NCBI GenBank assembly: GCA_903858275.1
Contig: CAIOIC010000111.1
Span: forward strand, 20,168-84,167
Origin: an uncultured Verrucomicrobia subdivision 3 bacterium
Lineage (GTDB): Bacteria; Verrucomicrobiota; Verrucomicrobiia; Limisphaerales; UBA11358
Length of the DNA stretch: 64,000 bases
Direction of reading: 5' to 3'
Below are positions 5,593-17,920 of the stretch, piece by piece; the stretch's first letter is position 1, and each line of letters opens with the position of its first letter. The notes beneath the pieces are model-generated. The model searched no databases and was not told the origin of the DNA. It saw nothing but the letters and a program-made list of their open reading frames with translations. A program made the translations under genes and the position numbers.

Positions 5593-8500
5593 ATGTTTCC
5601 CCGCCGCGATTTTCTAAAACTGTCGTCCGCCGCTGCCCTGGGCATGGTGTTTTCACGGATGCCCGCGATGGCCGGGCCGTTCACCCGCGAAGACTTTGAC
5701 CACTTGGTTCCCGCCGACAAAAAACTTTCGCCCGAATGGGTGAAATCCCTGTTTGCGCGCGGCACGCCGGAAGTGCTGCGCGGGGGCGAACTCAAATACG
5801 TTGGCATGCCCGTCGGTGGCATTGGCGCAGGCCAGCTTTATCTCGGCGGTGACGGGCGGCTCTGGCATTGGGACATTTTTAATAGCAGCAGTAAAACGGG
5901 CTCGGAGCATTATGCCAAACCATCGGTTCCCAACTCACCATTGGCGCAAAAATTCTCGCTCAAAATTGGTGGCACCACCCACACGCTGGATCGCGACGGG
6001 TTTTCGGACATCACGTTTCGCGGCGAATATCCGATTGGCATGGTGGATTACACGGATGCCAGCATTCCGCTGGCGGTGAAACTGGAAGCGTTTTCACCGT
6101 TCATCCCGTTGAATACCGATGACTCAAGTTTGCCCGCCACGATTCTCCAGTTCACGTTGCGCAATACTTCGGCTGCGCCCGTCGAAGCGGTGCTTTACGG
6201 CGAACTGGAGAATGGCGTCTGTTTGAATCACCGCTGGCAGGACGGGATATTGCGCAATCGCAGCTTGCGCGAGCCGGGCTTGACCACGCTGTTTTGCTCG
6301 GCGGAGAAGTCCGCGTCACCGCGGCCCCACCGGGCGGATGTGATGTTTGAAGATTGGAACCAGGAAACCTACGCCGGCTGGAAAGTGGAAGGCACGGCGT
6401 TCGGCAGCGGGCCGATCAAGAAAGCCGAAATTCCGTCCTATCAAGGCGACGTCGGCGGGGACACGGCGCGGGTGGTGAATTCGCACGCCTCCGCGCCGGG
6501 TGGTTTCGTCGGGGGAAGAGATGGCGCCACGGGCAAACTTGTCAGCCGCGAGTTCGTCATTGAGCGCAATTTCATCTCGTTCTGGATCGGCGGCGGCAAG
6601 GCGAAGAAAGGTTCGCGCTTCGGCCTGACGCTGCTGGTGGAAGGCCGGCCGGTGCAGACGGCGGCGGGGCAGGATAAGAACCAGATGGCGCTGCAAATAT
6701 TTGACGTGCGCAATCACGCCGGCAAGCCGGCGCGCCTCGAGATTCTTGATGATGCCACGGGCAGCTGGGGCAACGTTGGCGTGGGAAAAATTGTCTTCAC
6801 CGACCTGCCGGGCAAGGCCGAGGCGCTCGGGGAACTGCCGGATTTCGGCACGATGAGCCTGTCATTGCTCGGGGAACCGGCGGACGAAACCAGCGCGGAC
6901 GCCACCGCGCCGTTTGAGGAAAAGTTATCCGGCTCACTCGGGCGCAAAATCAAACTCGCCCCCGGCGCCTCTGCGGTGGTGACTTTCGTCGTGGCCTGGA
7001 ATTTTCCAAACCTTTCGCTCGGCGGGGTGCTGGCGAAGGCGGGGCGCCATTATGCCGCCAGGTTTTCCTCGGCGCACGCCGTGGCGCAATACGTCGCCGC
7101 GCAATTTGACCGGCTGGCGCGCGAAACCCGATTGTGGCGCGACACCTGGTATGACTCGACGCTGCCCTACTGGTTTCTCGACCGCACCATGCTGAACACG
7201 TCCATCCTCGCCTCTTCGACGTGCTTCCGTTTGGCCAACGGACGCTTCTACGGCTGGGAAGGCGTCGGCTGCTGCGCGGGCACCTGCGGCCATGTTTATC
7301 ACTATGCGCACGCCGCCGGCCGGCTGTTTCCGGAACTGGAACGGGACACGCGCGAGCGGGTGGATTTCGGCCTGGCTCTGCAGCCGGATGGCGCCATTTA
7401 TTTTCGCGGCGAGTTCAATAAAATTCCCGCCGTGGACGGACAGGCCGGGACGGTGCTGCGCGCTCTCCGCGAACATCAGATGTCGGCCGACGGGCAATTT
7501 CTCAAGCGCAACTGGCCGAAGATCAAGCTCGCCACGGAGTGGCTCATCGCGAAGGACGCCGATGGCGACGGCATCATTGAAGGCAACCAGCACAACACGC
7601 TGGACACGGATTGGTTCGGGCCGGTGGCGTGGCTGAGCGGACTTTATCTCGCGGCGCTCCTCGGCGCGGCGCGGATGGCGGATGAAGCCGGTGATGCCGG
7701 GTTTGCTTCGAAATGCCGAAAGATTTTTGAAGTCGGACGGAAGAAGCTCGTCGCAGATTTGTTTGATGGCGAATATTTCATCAACCAGGCTGATCCGAAA
7801 CACCTCGACGCCATCAATTCGGGAACGGGCTGCGAGATTGATCAGGTGTTTGGCCAGAGCTGGGCGTTCCAAGTCGGCCTGCCCCGCGTGTTACCCCAGA
7901 AGGAGACCGTGGCCGCGCTAAAATCTCTCTGGCGCTACAACTTTTCACCGGATGCCGGCGATTATCGCAACAAAATGGGTTCGGGCCGCTGGTATGCCAT
8001 GCCGGGCGAGGCGGGCTTGCTGATGTGTTCGTTCCCGCGTCGGGACTGGGACTTCGCGAAGGCGAGCGGTAAGGACAAGCCTGGTTGGGCGGCAGGCTAT
8101 TTCAACGAGTGCATGAACGGCTTCGAGTATCAAGCGGCCGGCCACATGATCTGGGAGGGCATGGTGCTGGAAGGGCTCGCGGTGACCCGCGCGGTGCACG
8201 ATCGCTATCACGCATCGCGCCGCAATTCCTGGAACGAAGTCGAATGCGGCGACCATTACGCGCGCAGCATGGCGAGCTACGGCGTCTATCTCGCGGCGTG
8301 CGGCTTTGAATACGACGGGCCCAAGGCGCACATCGGCTTCGCGCCGAAACTGACGCCGGAGAATTTCAAATGCGCCTTCACCAGCGCAGAAGCGTGGGGT
8401 AGCTACTCGCAAAAGTCGGAAAGCGGAAAGCGAAAAGCAGAAATCGCCGTGCGCTGGGGGAAGTTGAGATTAAAAACCATTGCTTTGGAATCAGCGGGAG

Positions 8501-8634
8501 TCGCCATTCGCGTCAGTCTTGGCGGCAATATGGTGCCTGCGACTTTTTCGCGGACGGAAAAGCGCATTTTGATTACGCTGACCAAACCAGTCGAAATCAC
8601 CGCCGGACAATTGTTGACCATTTCCGGTGACTGA
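5593..8634 (+). CDS. GH116-like glycoside hydrolase (GBA2/beta-glucosidase-type N domain plus six-hairpin catalytic domain), Tat-exported
   Basis: Tat motif MFPRRDFLKLSSAAALG, so I prefer the ATG at 5593 over the TTG at 5536. N-domain signature VGMPVGGIGAGQLYLGGDGRLWHWDIFN. C-terminal part has NQHNTLDTDWFGPVAWLSGLYLAALLGAARMA. Confidence 0.7.
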   Translation: MFPRRDFLKLSSAAALGMVFSRMPAMAGPFTREDFDHLVPADKKLSPEWVKSLFARGTPEVLRGGELKYVGMPVGGIGAGQLYLGGDGRLWHWDIFNSSSKTGSEHYAKPSVPNSPLAQKFSLKIGGTTHTLDRDGFSDITFRGEYPIGMVDYTDASIPLAVKLEAFSPFIPLNTDDSSLPATILQFTLRNTSAAPVEAVLYGELENGVCLNHRWQDGILRNRSLREPGLTTLFCSAEKSASPRPHRADVMFEDWNQETYAGWKVEGTAFGSGPIKKAEIPSYQGDVGGDTARVVNSHASAPGGFVGGRDGATGKLVSREFVIERNFISFWIGGGKAKKGSRFGLTLLVEGRPVQTAAGQDKNQMALQIFDVRNHAGKPARLEILDDATGSWGNVGVGKIVFTDLPGKAEALGELPDFGTMSLSLLGEPADETSADATAPFEEKLSGSLGRKIKLAPGASAVVTFVVAWNFPNLSLGGVLAKAGRHYAARFSSAHAVAQYVAAQFDRLARETRLWRDTWYDSTLPYWFLDRTMLNTSILASSTCFRLANGRFYGWEGVGCCAGTCGHVYHYAHAAGRLFPELERDTRERVDFGLALQPDGAIYFRGEFNKIPAVDGQAGTVLRALREHQMSADGQFLKRNWPKIKLATEWLIAKDADGDGIIEGNQHNTLDTDWFGPVAWLSGLYLAALLGAARMADEAGDAGFASKCRKIFEVGRKKLVADLFDGEYFINQADPKHLDAINSGTGCEIDQVFGQSWAFQVGLPRVLPQKETVAALKSLWRYNFSPDAGDYRNKMGSGRWYAMPGEAGLLMCSFPRRDWDFAKASGKDKPGWAAGYFNECMNGFEYQAAGHMIWEGMVLEGLAVTRAVHDRYHASRRNSWNEVECGDHYARSMASYGVYLAACGFEYDGPKAHIGFAPKLTPENFKCAFTSAEAWGSYSQKSESGKRKAEIAVRWGKLRLKTIALESAGVAIRVSLGGNMVPATFSRTEKRILITLTKPVEITAGQLLTISGD

Positions 8635-8651
8635 ATGCAAAATCAGCCAAG

Positions 8652-10133
8652 ATGAAAATTTCCATTCAAGATCTCATGGCCCGCAGCGGCGTGGCGTTTG
8701 GCACCAGCGGCGCGCGCGGTCTCGCCACGGGGATGACCGATCAGGTCTGCTACGCTTACACCAAAGGTTTTCTGCAATATCTTGAAGGTATCGGCGAACT
8801 CAAGCGCGACGGCGAACGCGTGGCTGTCGGCGGCGATTTCCGCCCCAGCTCCGACCGCGTGATGGAAGCGGTCTGCCGCGCCGCCGATGATCTGGGCTAC
8901 CGCGCCGTGAACTGCGGCAAAGTGCCGTCGCCGGCCGTGGCGCTTTTCGGCTTGGAAAACAAAATTCCCGCCATCATGGTTACCGGTAGCCACATTCCGG
9001 ACGACCGCAATGGCATCAAATTCAACAAAGCTACCGGCGAAGTTTTGAAGGAAGATGAAAAGGGCATGAGCAGCCAGATCGTGGAACTGGAGGACGCGAT
9101 GTTTGGCGCCGATGGGAATTTTGCGAAGGCAAAAGCGCCGCATGAAATTTCGCCCGTCGCCGGGGAAAATTACGCGATGCGCTACCTGAACTTTTTCGCG
9201 CATGACGCTTTGAAAGGCATCCGCGTCGGTGTTTATCAACATTCCGCCGTGGGCCGTGATGTATTGGTGAAAATCCTTTCCCATCTCGGCGCGGAAGTCA
9301 CGCCGCTGGGTCGCTCGGAAAAATTTATTCCCGTGGACACCGAAGCCATTCGTCCTGAGGATGTGCAACTGGCAGCGGACTGGGCGAAAACTGGAAAATA
9401 TGACGCCATCGTTTCTGCTGATGGCGACAGCGACCGGCCGCTGGTCAGCGACGAACGCGGCTACTGGCTGCGCGGCGATGTGGCGGGGATTTTGTGCGCA
9501 AAATTTCTGGCAGCGGACTCTGTTAGCACGCCGGTCAGTTGCAATACCGCCGTCGAGAAATGCGGCTGGTTCAAGGAAATCCGCCGCACGCGGATTGGTT
9601 CGCCGTTCGTGGTGTCCTCGATGATTCAAGCTTCCGCCGCCGGCGCGAAACGCGTCGTCGGTTATGAAGCGAATGGCGGCTTTTTGCTGAACTCGGACAT
9701 CGAAACCGGCTGCAAAAAACTGCGCGCCCTGCCGACGCGCGACGCGGTGATTGTGATGCTGGGAATCCTGCTGCTGGCGAAAGCGCAGGGCAAAACGGTT
9801 TCTCAACTCGCCGCCGGTTTGCCCGCGCGGTTCACGGCGAGCGACCGGCTTAAGAATTTTGCCACGGAAAAAAGCGTGGCGATTCTGGCAAAGTTCAATT
9901 CGGGTTCCGAAACCGGCGACAAAGCGGCGATTGGAAAAATGTTCGGTTCAATTTGCGGCAACGTTGCCAGCCTGAACCGCACGGATGGATTGAGAATTGT
10001 TTTTGCGAACGAAGAAGTCATCCACTTGCGCCCTTCCGGCAATGCGCCGGAGTTTCGCTGTTACGCCGAGGCGGCCACGGATGAGCGGGCGCGGGAAATC
10101 ACCGCCGCCGCCCTTGCCAAAATTGCCGGCTGA
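8652..10133 (+). CDS. phosphomannomutase/phosphoglucomutase family (alpha-D-phosphohexomutase)
   Basis: Active-site loop TGSHIPDDRNGIKF and metal loop ADGDSDRPL, with four-domain length (493 aa). Confidence 0.85.
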   Translation: MKISIQDLMARSGVAFGTSGARGLATGMTDQVCYAYTKGFLQYLEGIGELKRDGERVAVGGDFRPSSDRVMEAVCRAADDLGYRAVNCGKVPSPAVALFGLENKIPAIMVTGSHIPDDRNGIKFNKATGEVLKEDEKGMSSQIVELEDAMFGADGNFAKAKAPHEISPVAGENYAMRYLNFFAHDALKGIRVGVYQHSAVGRDVLVKILSHLGAEVTPLGRSEKFIPVDTEAIRPEDVQLAADWAKTGKYDAIVSADGDSDRPLVSDERGYWLRGDVAGILCAKFLAADSVSTPVSCNTAVEKCGWFKEIRRTRIGSPFVVSSMIQASAAGAKRVVGYEANGGFLLNSDIETGCKKLRALPTRDAVIVMLGILLLAKAQGKTVSQLAAGLPARFTASDRLKNFATEKSVAILAKFNSGSETGDKAAIGKMFGSICGNVASLNRTDGLRIVFANEEVIHLRPSGNAPEFRCYAEAATDERAREITAAALAKIAG

Positions 10134-10478
10134 TCAGCGCCAGCTTCCGCCGAACCACACGCGGGTTTGCCCGCGAAAACCGAAGTGTGGGCCGACCCAA
10201 ACCGCGCCCGGATGCGGCCGGGCCACCCAATGTCCGCCCACCCAGATCCAGCGTCCGCGCCATTCCCAGCCGCCGGGAATCCACAGCCAAGTATCCAGCG
10301 GGCCGGGCGCTACGGTGATGACTTCCGTTTGCGGCAGCGGCGGTGGTGGCGCATTTTCCGCGATAATGACTGCGGCGGGCGGATAGCTATGGCGAACGAC
10401 ATGGCGTTTCGCACAACCCGCGAACAAGGGCAGGCAGGCGGCGATCAGCAGGATTTTAGCCGCATATGAATATTTCAT
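10134..10478 (-). CDS. small lipoprotein with W/G-rich YXWGXW-like repeats
   Basis: Signal with LFAGCAK, then WIPGGWEWRGRWIWVGGHWVARPHPGAVWVGPHF. Confidence 0.6.
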   Translation of the reverse strand: MKYSYAAKILLIAACLPLFAGCAKRHVVRHSYPPAAVIIAENAPPPPLPQTEVITVAPGPLDTWLWIPGGWEWRGRWIWVGGHWVARPHPGAVWVGPHFGFRGQTRVWFGGSWR

Positions 10479-10521
10479 TTTTATGTAACCGTTAGACGTG
10501 GCAGCGGGAAAAATGTTTCAG

Positions 10522-13620
<3,099 letters not shown>

Positions 13621-13632
13621 GCGCGTTCCGGT

Positions 13633-14757
13633 TTAGCTGTCCGTCGGCTTGGGCGACTTTCTGGATTTGGGCGTGGCGGCATCGGTTTCCTGCACGCTCG
13701 CGCCGCTGCGCAGCTTGAAAACTCCGGCTTTCACCACGCGGTCGCCCGCCTTCAAACCGCTTTCCACCGTCACAAAGTCACCCCGGTTGCGGCCCGTGCG
13801 GATGAACTTCTGCTGCGCCACCAGGTTGGTTTTCCCCCCTTTCAACTCCGGCGTGATGACGAAAACCGAGTCGCCAAACGGCGCGCTCAAGATGGCGGTC
13901 GAGGGAATCACCAGCACGGATTTTCCTTCCGGCAAAACCACTTCCGCACGCACAAACATGCCCGGGCGCAGGAGTTCATTCGCATTTTCAAATTTCGCGC
14001 GGATACGGACGCTGCGCGTGACGGTGTCGATATCCGGATTGATGGCCGCCAGTTCACCATTGAAAGCGTTGGTCGGGTAAGCGTCCAGGACCGCGCGCAC
14101 GGCGAGGCCCGTTCGCAATTGCGCCAAGTCCTGCTGCGGCAGCGAAAAATCCACGAACACCGGCGATGGCGATTGCAGCGAGACAATGCCCTTGCCCGGT
14201 GCGAGCAGTTCGCCAAGGTTGACCAGCCGGATGCCGAGCCGTCCGGTGAACGGCGCGCGGAGGGTTTTCTTATCGATGACGGCGCGGATGCCGTCGGCAT
14301 TGGCCTGCGCCTGTTTCAGCGTCGCCTCGGTCGTGTCGAGTTCCGACTGCGAGACGGTCTTGTCCACGCGCAGTTTCCGATTGCGCTCTGCGTTGAGCCG
14401 GGCGAGTTCCGCCTGCGCCTCCGCGGCGCGCAACTGCGCTTCTTCGGACGAGGTGTCGAGCTTCACGAGCAGGTCGCCTTGTTTTACCATGGCGCCGGAT
14501 TCAAAGGCGATTTCGCGTACCGTGCCGGCGATTTCCGGCGCGACGATGACACCCTGAGCCGCGCTGACCGAGCCGACGGCGGAGAGTGTATCCGGCCATT
14601 TTTCCTCGGAAACCACGGCGGTGGCGACTGTTTCCGGCGGCGGCACATACGCGCCTCCTGCGGCGATCAGGGTTTTGATTTGCAACACTTTTATACCGCC
14701 GAGCGTAAGGGCCGCAAGGGCTGCGACGGCGAATCCAATCAATAAATTTCGTTTCAT
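13633..14757 (-). CDS. RND efflux periplasmic adaptor (MFP) subunit
   Basis: Single N-terminal TM, coiled-coil hairpin (EEAQLRAAEAQAELARLNAERNRKL), beta-barrel and MP domains. Lies immediately upstream of the RND permease. Confidence 0.9.
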   Translation of the reverse strand: MKRNLLIGFAVAALAALTLGGIKVLQIKTLIAAGGAYVPPPETVATAVVSEEKWPDTLSAVGSVSAAQGVIVAPEIAGTVREIAFESGAMVKQGDLLVKLDTSSEEAQLRAAEAQAELARLNAERNRKLRVDKTVSQSELDTTEATLKQAQANADGIRAVIDKKTLRAPFTGRLGIRLVNLGELLAPGKGIVSLQSPSPVFVDFSLPQQDLAQLRTGLAVRAVLDAYPTNAFNGELAAINPDIDTVTRSVRIRAKFENANELLRPGMFVRAEVVLPEGKSVLVIPSTAILSAPFGDSVFVITPELKGGKTNLVAQQKFIRTGRNRGDFVTVESGLKAGDRVVKAGVFKLRSGASVQETDAATPKSRKSPKPTDS

Positions 14758-14779
14758 GTTCGTTCTGGTTATAAAATAA

Positions 14780-15385
14780 TTATTTTTTGCGCGGCTTGTG
14801 GGCGGCTCCGGCCAGGAATAATTCCACGATGCGTTGCGCGGTTTTTTTATCTGTCTGACAGTCGGGCATCACGAGCTGGGCGACGAGGTGGAAATTCGCC
14901 ATGCCGTAAAAACCGAACGCCAGTTCGCGGCTGTCAAAGCGCTTGTCTAGTTCGCCGTTCTTTTGCGCCGTTTGGATGAGGGTGTGGACAAACTCGAAAT
15001 TACGTTCGCATTTTTTATCACAGGACAAATCTTCCGGCACCTCGCCGGGCGCGGCAAACATGGTGGAAAACGCGATGCGCAGCAGTTCGCGATTGGCGGC
15101 GAAATATTCAATCAGCGCGCTGAGGATGTTTTCCAGCTGGGCGCGGATGTCGCCGCCGCGTTCCGCTGCTTCGCGAAGAATGCGGTAGCGTTCGTCATGT
15201 GCCTCGTGGACCAGCGCTTGAAAGAGACCGGCCTTATCGGCGAAATGATAATACAGTGCGGGCTTGGAAACCTTGGCGCCGTCCACGATTTGCTGGACGG
15301 ACGTGGCCGCGTAGCCGGCGTTGGCGAACTGTTTCAGCGCCGCGCGGAGGATTAGCTTGCGAGTATCGGGAACGGCCTTGGCCAT
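14780..15385 (-). CDS. TetR/AcrR family transcriptional regulator
   Basis: N-terminal HTH ILRAALKQFANAGYAATSVQQIVDGAKVSKPALYYHF. First gene of the efflux operon. Confidence 0.9.
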   Translation of the reverse strand: MAKAVPDTRKLILRAALKQFANAGYAATSVQQIVDGAKVSKPALYYHFADKAGLFQALVHEAHDERYRILREAAERGGDIRAQLENILSALIEYFAANRELLRIAFSTMFAAPGEVPEDLSCDKKCERNFEFVHTLIQTAQKNGELDKRFDSRELAFGFYGMANFHLVAQLVMPDCQTDKKTAQRIVELFLAGAAHKPRKK

Positions 15386-15387
15386 AA

Positions 15388-15405
15388 ACTTACCGAACGG
15401 TAGGT
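15388..15405. promoter_or_regulatory. 18-bp imperfect palindrome, candidate TetR operator
   Basis: ACTTACCGAACGGTAGGT. Apart from the central AA, 14 of the 16 flanking positions are self-complementary. It starts 3 nt upstream of the tetR start codon. Confidence 0.3.
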
Positions 15406-15479
15406 ATCGCAGGTCGTTTTGTCAAACGGAAACGCTCCCCGGCTCCAAATTTGAGGATGAGCGCGGGAATGAGCGCGAA

Positions 15480-16988
15480 TCAAGGCTGGTGTGGTTCGCC
15501 GGGTTTGCCTAGGCGCCCGTGGTGCAATCGGGAGTTGCGATGGCCGTAGGCGAAGTAGATGACCAGGCCGATCACCATCCAGACGATGAGCCGCGCCCAG
15601 GTGTCGCGCGGCAGGCCGCACATCAGCCAGACGCAAAATATGATGCCCAGCGGCGCGATCAGCCAGACGGCGGGGGTGCGGAACGGGCGGTGCATTTCCG
15701 GGTGCAGCAGGCGCAGCACCAGCACGCCAGCGCAGACGATGGCAAACGCCAGCAGCGTGCCGATGGAGACGAGTTCGCCGAGGAGGCCGATGGGGAATAG
15801 CCCGGCCACCAGCATGGCGGCTGCGCCGGTGAAAATCTGCGCGAGCCAAGGCGTCTGAAATTTCGGATGCACGGTGCTGAAGATTTGCGGCAGCAATCCG
15901 TCCTTGGACATGCAGTAAAAAATGCGCGGCTGGCCGAGCAGCATGACCAAGATGACCGAGGAGAGACCCGCGATGGCGCCGATTTTCACGAAGGTTCGCA
16001 GCCAGGTCATTTTTTCGCCAAACGCGTCCACGGCCACGGCGATAGGCGCGGGAACGTTGAGTGACTGGTAATTCACCACGCCGGTCAGCACCAGTGAGAC
16101 GATGATGTAAAGCACCGTGCAGATGGCCAGCGAAGCCAGCATTCCGATGGGCATGTCGCGCTGGGGTTTTTTGGCTTCCTGCGCGGCGGTGGACACGGCG
16201 TCGAACCCGATGTAGGCGAAGAAAATCACGCCGGCGCCGCGCACGATGCCGCCCCAGCCGAATTCGCCGGGGCCGAGGCTCGGCGGGATGAAGGGATGCC
16301 AGTTGTGTCGGTTGATGAAGGCGAACCCGACGGCGATGAAGGTGAGAATAACCGTCATTTTGATGGCGACGATGATGTTGTTGAACGTGGCGGATTCCTT
16401 GATGCCAAGCACGAGTAGGAACGTGACAAATCCGACGATGAGCATGGCTGGCACATTCAGCGTGGCGCCGGTGCTGACCCAGCCTTCCGTGAACAGGCGC
16501 CACATATTCCAGCCGGCATCGGCGGGTGCGTGATGGTCGTAAGGCGCGGAAGTGAATTGGGCCGGAATGACGACGCCAAATTCCTTTAAAAATGAAACGA
16601 CGTAGCCCGACCAGCCGACCGCGACCGTGGAGGCGGCGAAAAGATATTCCAGAATCAAATCCCAACCGATGACCCACGCGACAAATTCGCCCAGCGTGGC
16701 GTAGGCGTAGGTGTAGGCCGAACCGGAAACCGGAATCAGCGCGGAAAATTCCGCGTAGCACAAGCCGGCGAACGCGCAGGCCATCCCCGCCAATACGAAG
16801 GAAAGCACGATGGCGGGCCCGGCGTATTTGGCGGCGGCCTGGCCGGTGAGCACGAAGATGCCTGCGCCGATGATGGCGCCGATGCCGAGGGCGGTGAGGT
16901 TGACGGGGCCGAGCGCACGTTTGAGGCGGGTGTCGTTTTTGGCTTCAGCCTGCAAGTCGGCGGCGTGTTTGCGTCGGAAAAGTTTCAT
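15480..16988 (-). CDS. APC-family amino acid permease (cationic amino acid transporter-like)
   Basis: 502 aa, about 12-14 TM. N-terminus LKRALGPVNLTALGIGAIIGAGIFVLTG is typical of APC/CAT permeases. Confidence 0.9.
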   Translation of the reverse strand: MKLFRRKHAADLQAEAKNDTRLKRALGPVNLTALGIGAIIGAGIFVLTGQAAAKYAGPAIVLSFVLAGMACAFAGLCYAEFSALIPVSGSAYTYAYATLGEFVAWVIGWDLILEYLFAASTVAVGWSGYVVSFLKEFGVVIPAQFTSAPYDHHAPADAGWNMWRLFTEGWVSTGATLNVPAMLIVGFVTFLLVLGIKESATFNNIIVAIKMTVILTFIAVGFAFINRHNWHPFIPPSLGPGEFGWGGIVRGAGVIFFAYIGFDAVSTAAQEAKKPQRDMPIGMLASLAICTVLYIIVSLVLTGVVNYQSLNVPAPIAVAVDAFGEKMTWLRTFVKIGAIAGLSSVILVMLLGQPRIFYCMSKDGLLPQIFSTVHPKFQTPWLAQIFTGAAAMLVAGLFPIGLLGELVSIGTLLAFAIVCAGVLVLRLLHPEMHRPFRTPAVWLIAPLGIIFCVWLMCGLPRDTWARLIVWMVIGLVIYFAYGHRNSRLHHGRLGKPGEPHQP

Positions 16989-17138
16989 GGGAAAATAACC
17001 ACCACTTTTGGCGTGGTTAAATGCCGCTTTCCACCGATGGAGTCAAGCAGATGTCGGTGCGGAGGGCGGGGAAAGTTGCCGGCAAATTCGCGGCTGGACA
17101 AGCCGGCGAACTTGGATGATTCTGCGCGTCTCAAAATT

Positions 17139-17882
17139 ATGAAGCATATTTTATTGATTGGCGGAATCGTTTTGGCCACGCAGCTGGCTCAAAGTCAACC
17201 GGCGGCTCCGGCGCAGCCCGGCGGTTTTTCTGGAAAGGTTTTGGAAACCACCAATGCCGCAGGTTACACCTACGTTCTGGTGGACACCGGCGCCAAAAAA
17301 GTTTGGGCGGCCACCACGCAGTTCGCCGTCCAGCCTGGCCAGTCGGTCTCGTTTGGCGGCGGTGAGCCCATGGTCAATTTCCACAGCAAATCAATGAACC
17401 GGGATTTTTTGGAAATTTATTTCACCGGCGCGATTACCGTGAACGGTTCGGCGTCGGCGGTTGCTCTGCCGCCTAACCATCCGCCTATCGGTGGTGTTGC
17501 CGGCAAGGAATTGCCGCCGAACCATCCGCCCATCGCTGGAAAAGCCGAGAAGCCCAAGCCGGATTTTTCCAAGATTAAACCGGCCAAGGACGGAAAGACC
17601 GTTGCCGAAATCTACGCGAAGTCGGCCAAGCTTACCGGCAAGGCGGTGGTCATTCGCGGTATCGTGGTGAAGTTTAACGCCAATATCATGGGTAAAAACT
17701 GGATACATATCCAGGACGGAACCGGCCAGTCCGGCAGCGATGATTTGCTGGCCACCAGCGGTTCCACCGTCAAAGTGGGCGACACGATTTTGGTCACCGG
17801 CAAGATTGCCACCAAGAAAGATTTTGGCTCCGGCTACAAATACGACGTGATGATCGAAGACGCCAAAGTGGTGGTGGAATAA
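17139..17882 (+). CDS. secreted protein with two OB-like beta domains joined by a duplicated LPPNHPPI linker
   Basis: I prefer the start at MKHILLIGGIVLATQLAQS (signal peptide) over the GTG at 16965. Domains contain GYTYVLVDTGAKKVWAAT and NWIHIQDGTG...GDTILVTGKIATKKDFGSGYKYDVMIEDAKV. Confidence 0.55.
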   Translation: MKHILLIGGIVLATQLAQSQPAAPAQPGGFSGKVLETTNAAGYTYVLVDTGAKKVWAATTQFAVQPGQSVSFGGGEPMVNFHSKSMNRDFLEIYFTGAITVNGSASAVALPPNHPPIGGVAGKELPPNHPPIAGKAEKPKPDFSKIKPAKDGKTVAEIYAKSAKLTGKAVVIRGIVVKFNANIMGKNWIHIQDGTGQSGSDDLLATSGSTVKVGDTILVTGKIATKKDFGSGYKYDVMIEDAKVVVE

Positions 17883-17920
17883 TTTGCGCTGCTGCAGAAG
17901 TCAATCAACTGCGCTGGAAA

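Noticed and set aside
8643-9806. 387-aa minus-strand ORF.
   Set aside because: It is antisense to the well-supported phosphohexomutase gene. The composition is Arg/Ala/His-rich low complexity.
15352-16761. 469-aa minus-strand ORF in an alternative frame of the permease gene.
   Set aside because: It is Arg/His/Pro-rich and is an out-of-frame reading of a clear 12-14 TM APC permease, which explains the region.
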